Virus record (IMG/VR): IMGVR_UViG_3300005662_008418
Reading direction: 5' to 3' (one strand)
Length of the DNA stretch: 64,000 bases
From: an uncultured virus (IMG/VR IMGVR_UViG_3300005662_008418)
Lineage: Duplodnaviria; Heunggongvirae; Uroviricota; Caudoviricetes
Position numbers and translations under genes: made by a program. The notes under the pieces are model-generated. The model did no database searches. It was given only the letters and a program-made list of their open reading frames with translations, and was not told the origin of the DNA. Positions 46,565-56,300 of the stretch are shown here, in pieces (the first letter of the stretch is position 1; each line of letters opens with the position of its first letter).

Positions 46565-47262
46565 ATTTTACCACGTAGAATTAAGTCTTTTCTGCTTCTC
46601 CATTTGTTTCTAAAGTATTGAGCGCTTTTTGAGAACATCTCACTTCTGTTATTCATTTTACCAAGAGTCTGATGAGCTAAATGCAAAATATGTTTGTTGG
46701 GATTCCATTTTACCTCCAACCCATAATCAAAAATTCTAAAACAATAATCTGGATCTTCAAAATAAGCCATGCCCAAATTGCTGTCGAACTTTCCAATTTT
46801 TAAAAAAATGTCTCTCGGTATACACATCCCACCACAGCCAACATAAGAGAAAATTCTATCATTTGATGAGCACATTTTAAATGGCTTTAAATTATTGTCC
46901 AGCTGCCAAGCCTCCAGACCAAGTAATGCTCCGTTAAAATCTGCATGAGACATATAATTATCCAGCCATCCTGGAGAAACTATCTGATCGTTGTCTAGAA
47001 AAATTAAATGCGAAGAATCGTCATTTGCGAACACATCAAAAATTTTATTGCGTCCTCCTATTACTCCTAGATTTGTATCTGATTTTAAAAACAAATCAGT
47101 ATTTCTAAGTTGCGCTGTAACAACTTCCACCGATTCATCGGTACTTGCGTTATCCAACCATACTAACTTGCATTTTTCTGATTCTTTAGAAGAATAGAAT
47201 TTATCTAGAAACATTTTTGCAAGTCTAGTATCATTGCGGTGAAGCACTCCAACCATTATCAT
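46561..47262 (-). CDS. GT2 glycosyltransferase
   Basis: LDNASTD, NLGVIGGRN, FLDND, EDPDYCFR; likely start MIMVG (47262) after a GGAG SD. Confidence 0.9.
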   Translation of the reverse strand: MIMVGVLHRNDTRLAKMFLDKFYSSKESEKCKLVWLDNASTDESVEVVTAQLRNTDLFLKSDTNLGVIGGRNKIFDVFANDDSSHLIFLDNDQIVSPGWLDNYMSHADFNGALLGLEAWQLDNNLKPFKMCSSNDRIFSYVGCGGMCIPRDIFLKIGKFDSNLGMAYFEDPDYCFRIFDYGLEVKWNPNKHILHLAHQTLGKMNNRSEMFSKSAQYFRNKWRSRKDLILRGKI

Positions 47263-47315
47263 TTCATTTTCTCCGTATAAAAATAAAATTAATATACACC
47301 GTGTAGCCAACCAAT

Positions 47316-50300
47316 TTATCCAGGTCCATTACCACCACCGCCTCCCGCATTGCCATCAAAGCTACCCTGCTTTAGTATAACATTAGAGTAAGCAGCAGGC
47401 GCAAATTCAACTCCATCGTAAGGAAGAACCCTTACTCTTATTTTCGAATTATATGGCACATCAACCACATTCCATCCGTCAAATCTAGGATCAAGACCTT
47501 CTACGACAACAAAGTCTTCTGTTTCGGGATACTGAACCTCCCAATAAGCCAGCGACTGATCTTCCTGAGCCTCGCCTGATATGATATCGGCATCAATAAA
47601 AGCATAACGACATCTTGCTATCCAGAAATCACCGCTATCAGTCTCTTGCCCAGTGGCTTCCAATCCGAATATTAGAAGTTCGACTCTTGGTCTTGAATTA
47701 CGTATTACCATAGACATGGTGGATAAAGTATATTCCTGATTAGTTGATGATGCTGGTATGTAAAGTTCTGCCCTTATGATATTCCCGACTGCGATTGCCC
47801 TTAATCCATTAACAGTTCCAGGTCTTAATACGGTACTCGGATCAGAGGGATCTCCTATGAGGGACAATTCTCTAAATCTAAACTCCTGCTGATTTGGTAG
47901 AGTAATATACCAGCGCACAATAGTTCTATTCATAAGAACTGGAGAAAATAACGGGAAATCTATAAACAATGATGTCTGATTAGACGCATCTTCAACGATC
48001 TCCTGAGTAGTCAGAAGCCTTGCTTTCAAAGCAGGTTGGCTTGGAGTATCTTCTATATTAGTTACTGTGATCTGCTGACTAAAAGCCTCCAATCCATATT
48101 GCGTTTGATCATGCGGTTTGACAGAGAAGCGTACTCTGTCGTTGATCTTTAAGAAAGAAACTGCGTCCAATGCTGCCAGCAATGCTCCGGGTTGCCCCTG
48201 TTGTGCTCCCAGGAATGCGTAATTAGTCGAGAGCGCGTAAGCAAATACTGGATCTTGAGGATCTGAGAAATTATTGAAAGTCTTCTTGTTCTTAAGGAAA
48301 GGGATTTCTATATCATTTATAAACCATCGTATCTCCGTTTTTGATGAATCTTCCTCATCTCCCTCAGCATCTAAGTAAGTATAATTGCATGTAATAGTTT
48401 CATATATAGTTATAGGCGGAGATGATATCGAAAGATTTACAGCTACAGGTGGCTGATTTGCCGTATATCCATATGCTTCTTTTTCAGTTGTGGTCATGAA
48501 GGATATGCCGCTAATGCCTACAGCCTCATCCTTGGATACATTAATGACATTAGCCGCCAAACTGAGCTGCTCTGGATTTACTACTTCTATAAATATGGGG
48601 TTTTGCACATAACTCTTAAATAGTATTGCGCCCTTTTCTGGAAGAAGTATATATGCAGTAGGATCGATTATAGATCCAGTTCCGTCCTTGACGGTAACCG
48701 TAGAATTCATAAACCACCCGCCACGAGGAGATTCATAATACAAGCCATGTACTTGGACCATTTTTTCTCTAATCTGCTCTGGAACTTCAAATTTTCTCTG
48801 GCTAAATATTATTTTTCCGTATTCCCTTACCACTCCATGATATTTAACAGCATAATCAGAAAAATCATAACCAGTTCCAGCTGCAGCAGTAGTCTCTATA
48901 TAAGCCAGTTCATTTTTATCAGCATATACTGAAAGAACAACCTGGTTAGGAGCACCGCCTACAGCAAATGGCTTTGTGATGATAGAAGATTCAGCACTAA
49001 AGCTTACAGAAAGATCTATCTTAAGAAGCGCTGGATATTCTGGAGATGGCATGCCATTCTCGTCTCTAGCAACATTCAATAAAGAATGAATCAAATTGAC
49101 TTTTATTTTAATGAATCTTACTATTTTAGCTGGTCCAATGATTGGGTTTTCATATGAAGAAGAATCTCTCATGCTATATGAAATACCATCACTAGAAAAC
49201 TCAACGCTGTAATCAGCACTTGTATCAGGTGGTATTTCAAAAACAGGATTTATTGACAAAACAACACAGTCTCGGCCTAAATCTATTACAGATTCATAAG
49301 TCCCCCTCGCTATGGCTCCCACACTTCTGCTCATAGCAAAATTTACAAACTTACTGGCATCACTAGCATTCCTAATTATGCTGGTTGCTCCACCAGACAT
49401 TGAAGATGCAACAATAACTTCTCCAGCGTTAGATTTGGATAGTGCGGAAGAAATGAATCTTGGTTCTACAAGATTCATGAGAGCAACCATCAAGGGGCTT
49501 TTCCGCGATCCAGCTATGGAATTAAGGTCAGCAGCTACATCTTCAGCACCAACACTGGAAGTGTTTTCATCGTTGTCTGATATAAGTATAAATGATCTTT
49601 TTGCAGTTTCTGTATCTACTGATTCTGGAACAGAGAAAGCATTCTCCCTGATCGCATTGAAAATGGGAGAGCAACCAAAAGGAGTCATTCTAGATAATAT
49701 CTCTATTTCTTCTTGAGCATTTTGATAGGCACTTGCACCACTGAAAGTTCTAGTTCTAACCTGTGGAAGCCAACTTAAGTCAGAATAATATTGTATCAAA
49801 GGAGAATCTGGTTCCACCAATTCTGTTGCTCCTCCAGACCAGTAGGAGAACACAGCATTCATATCGATAAATATAAAATCAAGCAACTCTGGCTTACCAG
49901 TTGGAGGCTGAGGACTTCCCAGATTGACCTCTCCTCCCTCTCCATTTAAATTAAGATTTTGATTTTGCGCATTCTGACCGTCGTTTAGATTAAAAGAAGA
50001 TTTTCCAATTAGATTGAAGCATATAGTATTATTAGTTCCAGTGCAAGTTAAACCACTAAGACCGCTTCCAGTTCTTAAGCATGATGGACATGTAAATTGG
50101 CATGTGGCATTTCCTCCAAGATTTAAATTAGGTGCAAAATTTCCACCACCAAGGTTGACATTCTGCATGATTGCCAAATTATTGGCATCTTCAAATGGAA
50201 CAGCAAGTCTCAGTCTGTATTCTCCAACCACACTGCCAATGATATCTGAAGTTGGATTCAGCTCTGCGTTTGATGCCTTTACAACAATATAATACTTTAA

Positions 50301-53300
50301 ACCACTTTCTAGGAAAATATTGTTAGTGGGGTCTCCGATGCCATCATCGTTATTAAAATATATTATACCATCTGGTATTTCAGGAATATCAATAGGAACA
50401 AAATTGCTGTTATATATAGTAATTTGAGATTGCAATGAACTTACATTTCTCCTCGTTACGGAAACTACATACTGACCAGTAACTGGAGCTGTGAAAGTAA
50501 ATATATCAGAATCGCCAATCGGTCCTATCACGCCAAGTTGACTTGTTTCAAGAACATTTCCTAAATTAACAAATGGCAGAGGGACTATATCAGCGTTGCT
50601 TGAGTTTAAACCTCCATAGCCTAAAGAAAATTCTGGTAAGGGGCTGGCAAAATCAAAATCACCTTGATTGGCTATCTCATCTTGAGCAGTTAATTCTGGG
50701 TATGAAGACCCTTCTATAAAGTCATCTTCACCTACAAAGCTAGTATTTCCATAAAAACTATCGTCGACTATCTCACCATACAGCACAATTTGGTACGGGA
50801 ATCTAGAAAGACCCTGCCGTAGAAGTATTTGATTACTCATAGTGCCCGCTAAATCTATCTCTGCGCCCAGGGTATCGCCCAAAGCAGCAGAGAGTTCAGA
50901 AATATCCCGAAGAGGATCTTCTGATCTTCCTAAAAGCTTCGCTGAGCCCAATCCTGCTGCTATGTCCACCACTTCAGGACTTATGCGTACGGGGAAGACT
51001 CGAGTACCTCTTCTTACTCGTTTCTTCATAAATAAAACATCTCCGCCAGGACCAGATCTGCCAAATGTTGATCCAAGAGATCCTCCCACTCCCAGTTCAT
51101 CTGGAATGGGAAATTTTATAAATCCCGTCAACTTTACCTGAGTATTTCTTGATAACAATTTGCCATTTTCATCATAACACTTTATCTTAATGTCAACACC
51201 ACTTATGCCATCAAGACGAACCATGGCATCAACTGGTTCCTGCAAATCTAGTCTAGTAAATCCTACGGTATCGTTTTGCTCTCCATAAACTTCGATAAAA
51301 ACTCTTACAAAGCCTGGGGCTTTACCAGAAGATACCCCTCCGGATAACACCGCAAATCGTGAATTATCCGAAGCAAAAGAGCAAAGAGCTCTGCCAAAAG
51401 GCATGACTGCCAAATTGCCCAAAATGGCTTTTGCGCTACTGATATCTATATTCTGAACTGTTGAGAGTGCTGGAGAGCCAGGGTTGGTGCTAGAGGAAAA
51501 TTTTCTTCCACCCAATATCGCATAACTATTGTTAAATCTGGCCTGACCTGCCTGGTCTCTACTTTCAGGTGGATTTGGCATTAATTCATCTGCATCAAAC
51601 AAGTATGATGGAGTATTCACCAATAGCGTGTCTATTAATATTGCATCTTTAAAATTAAATTGCTTAATTATACTTCTAGAGATTATCTCGTTGTTTAAGA
51701 AATACTGCTCTGTTTCCTCTCTGTATCCGCTTCCTCCAAAAATCAATATGTTATTATTTTTAACAATAGCATTGGGATACAATCTAGCGTATCTGACCAA
51801 GTCGCGATCTGGTAAAACATCACTCACAGACCAGGAATTTGACTCTTGATCAAAAATTAGAACCCTATCAAGCATAACAGATGGTTCTAATTCACTATTT
51901 ATTGCCCTGGCTCCACACAATACGTATATTTTTTGCGCAACCAAAACGGCTGATCCAAAAACGCTTGATAATGGGCTAATGCCAGAACTGGCAGAGTCAA
52001 AGTTACCGACTGGAGCGTCTACTATGTTGCCATCACTATCAGTCCATGGCATTGATGACAAAACAGCCCATGTGCCGTCTACGGTATCGAAACATTCTAT
52101 TTTATTGCTAGCCCTTAGACTGTATTTCACTTTGCTTGCTGATGGATTTGAATAAGCGTCTACATATGACTCGACACCTCCTATGACATAGATATATCTA
52201 CCGTCATTGACAGAGCAGCATCCAAATCTTGGAGTAGGCATATCCGGTATAACATCCCACCTATTATTGGGAATATCCCATACTTCATTCATGGTAGATA
52301 TGCCGTATTGTGATAGTCCACCCACCACATACCACTTACTATTCACACATTCGCTGACATGCCATGCTCTAGCGACAGCCATGTCAGCCACCTGAGACCA
52401 GGTTAGAGTAGTTCTATCAAAGAAGAAACATTGATTAGATATAGAGAGTCTGCTGAAATCTCTTCCAGATACTGGATCCTTTAGTATTGTCGGAAGCGCT
52501 GCGTTATCACCTGACTCACCACCGCCGCCGGGAGGCAATACAAATTGTACAGCAGCTCCTTCAGACGCTCCATCATAGGTTATATTTACGCCACAAACTT
52601 TTTGCCTGAACACAGTTCCGTTTTTATTGTAGCGTGCTTCAGCAAATACGGATCCAGAAAAGCTAGAACCAGGCATCATGGGTAGAAGTCTGACAACTGC
52701 GTAACTTGTCCCTGCATTTATAAAATTACCATCAGCATCAACACACCATGGACCATTTTCATCCACCGTAGCTGTTGAAATATTATTTTCTACAACAGCG
52801 ATGGAGGGAGAACCGCATGTATAAACTAATATTTCAGTTCCTTGTGGAACTGGTCTTCCTGAGAATGACACTGCAAAATAAATGTCGTTCTGACTGACTC
52901 CATCCACTAAAACATTACCATCAAAATTTCTCACCCCACCAACTTCCACAAAAGCGAAGGTAATATCAAGAGGTTCAATAAATTTTATTAGTTTTGGAGG
53001 ATTGCCTAGCGCCCATGTCCCTGATCCAATGCACGGTATTTCTCCCAAACTAGTGTCTATGTTCGTTTGAGCATTGACAACAACATCGTAATCAAGCCAT
53101 CTCTTATCTTCTGTTTCAGTGATTATTCTTGAATCATAATTACAGTCTTCCACGAAACCATCAGTGCTACAATTTTCAGTATTTGAAAACACAGGCTGCT
53201 CATTTCCAGAAGCGCCTATCAACTCTCCAGTAGCAGCGAATGGTCTATTATGGAAATGTTCACATAGATATCCAGAATCTTTCACTGTAGTCGGTTCGTT

Positions 53301-56300
53301 GTGCCTATTCCATCTTTTTGCTATAAACCCATTGCTTCTTATGGCAAAATAAGTCTTATTCTGATTTGACAATCTAACAAAAGCATTATTTAAGTCAGAT
53401 CTTCCATATGTAATAGAAGATGTGCCATCACCATTTGAAACTATCGCGATATTATCATGAAGTATTTCAACATTATAAACCCAATACGGAACATTAGCCT
53501 GCTCAAGATAGTCCTGAAGTTTTCCTATCTGAATTTCAACCAACTGTTCTGGAGCCAGTATGGAAATAAACGCATCAGGCATGCCCTGCCCAGCGAAGGA
53601 TCCTCCGTTATAGCATTTTAAAAATGCTGTAGCCATCGTTCTTTCATCAGCAGAGGAACTATCTATAGAAGATATTCTGGCATCTCTGCTGATTTGAAAC
53701 ACGGCAAAATCATCGCCATCTGCGTAAATTCTCTGAGAGTATCTGCCATTAGTAAGAGAGCAGAACATGCCAGTTCTTCTGACCAATTGATTTGCAGAAT
53801 TACCAAGACCACTAGGAACAAGTGCTGGAGGATATATGCAAACAACTTTCCACGCTGTTATTGTCTTACCTCCATATGTAACACTTGCCTTAATCACATA
53901 CATCTCAGGAACGAGAACAACCCGGACATCGCTTCCCGTGTTTCCGTCAGCAGATGTAAAATACGTGACTTCTTGAATTAACTCACTGGTCACATTTGAA
54001 GCAGGACCGAATCTTACATTACTGGAATATCCTCCAAGCGTCAAGTCATATACTTGTGCGGAATTGCTTGATGCCAAAGAGTAGAAAGGTCTGTTCTTGC
54101 CATTTCTTAAAGGAATCATTTCCCAGTCAATCCGTGTTCCGTCTGGAACTGGAGAAGAAAATTCCTCTAAAGAAGAAACAGTAGCTCCTTCTACATCACC
54201 GATTACAATAGCCCGATTTGGATCTATTATAGCAGCATAAGCAGTCTGTCGCGCTACATCAACTCCGTCTGGAGATGGAACCTGAGCATCTAAGCTCAAG
54301 AACAATGGGTCAGGGAATGCGAAGTACATTCCAGCAGCAGCAGGTAAACCTCCTATTACTGTTTGAGCAAAAACAGTAGCGGCAGAAGATCGCGATGGCG
54401 TTGGGAAATAAAAACTTGCCTCGCTCCAGCCATTTTCTTCATTGTTATAAAATATGGCTGTTCTCTGTCTTGGAGATATGTAATTTGCTGGCACATATTC
54501 TCTCGTAAAATCTGGACCAAAAACTGGATCTCCAGCTATCTGACCTGTACATTTAGTTTCTCTAGGAGTCCCATTTTCACCATTAAATTGAACGCATCCA
54601 CGATAGCCAGCAGGCTTACTACACCTATTCATGAGTCCATCAGATGACCAAGATGGAAGCGAATCCTCGAATGCATATAGATTAGCAGCAGACCCAGATG
54701 GCATGAATCCATCTTTATATTTTACTCTAAATGTAAACTGAATAGGCCTGGAACGACCAACATAAGCTCCATTGTAAACTGCCGTAGTAAGATCCGATGA
54801 AGATCCCGCACCGCAATCGTAAAAATTGTTTATATTGGCAACATTGCTACCAGGCAAACAGGGGACAATTGTCTTGTCTGGAGATGTTACCTCAATTTTA
54901 AAAGGATTAGAAAGCCATACTCTTATAGGTTGAGTATCAAATGCAAAAGTACTTGATTCCTCAGCTATGCCTGACACAAGAGAATTAACAATCCTTTTCC
55001 TTCTTATTGACATTCTAGCAGAAAAATACAGACCAGATACGTATCTCAATTTCTCTGCGCCAAATGCGTCTGTATCCAAAACTATTTTTACAAAACCATC
55101 TGCTGATGTTCTTCGCGTGAATCTGCATAATTCTCTGAACTTAAAGTTCAGTCTCGCTGGAACTCCAGTAAGAGGATCAAATGATTTATAAGAATCTACA
55201 CTATCATAAACACCATCAGCAGTTCCCCTATCCGTAATCATTAGATTACTTGGAACATCATAGTAATCTCCAGCATTGGAACTTATGTCATAATTAGTTC
55301 TAAAAACAAAGTCAAACTCGTCCTCAAGAGGTCTGCCATATATATCAGAAACTTTAAAGTAGAAAAATACTCTGTCGTCAAACCATCCATCAACATCGTA
55401 AAACATTTTAGGATTGACGGGATTTATCAACTTAATCGCTATAGATCCACGTTCTAATTTATAAGCCCTTTGCGCTAATGGTGGTTCCGTGGGAATCTGA
55501 TTGTCTGTTTCTGGGTCAGGTATTGATGATATAAAAATGGGTTGACCATATTTTCCATCTGCATTTCTTAGCACAACTGCATAATGAGCCAGCTTGCCAT
55601 TTTCCAATTCGGTAGACAGATCGCGATTAAGATTGAATGTCTGTATTGCGTCTACAGCATCGGATCCTATTGGCGTACTGGCAGACACTCTTCCATAATA
55701 GTGCGTGAACTCCGTTGCCGTACTTATGCCACAGAACACTGGGTAAGCGCCAGAATGCGTATTGCTATTTATAAAGCTATCCAAGTCGGTATAAGTCAAC
55801 GCGCCATCTTGCGAAAATGGTTTTGCATAGTAGACAACAACGGTATCATGATCAGAATTAACAGGTAAATCCCATGTCAATCTGATCTTTTTATCTCCTG
55901 CAATGTAATTTACATTAGAAACCACATCAGGAGGTATGGAAACCGGCAGATAGTCACCCATTGATGATGGGTGATATTCAATCATGCCACTGTCTTCCAC
56001 TACACTGTGCTCATCTGCCTCATTTATAGAAAACGCTCTTATATAGTGCCTATAACCGTCATAGACTATATTGCCCAACTCGCTGTCTCGCATAGGTAAT
56101 GAAAATGGACCATGAAATACAACTTCATTTAAAATGCCGTTATTGGAATCATATAATGTTAAACCATCTTCTGGATCAACTGGACCAAGATCGTCTCCAT
56201 AACATATACGAGCAGAGACATCAGATCTAGCTATACCATTTAATCCAGGAGGAATAGGGACATTTTGAGGTCTAGATGAATCTCCACCATATTTACCAAC

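Noticed and set aside
47263..47315. Possible sigma-70 promoter in the AT-rich gap before the GT cluster
   Set aside because: Only weak -35/-10 matches; the GGAG SD is the only clear signal
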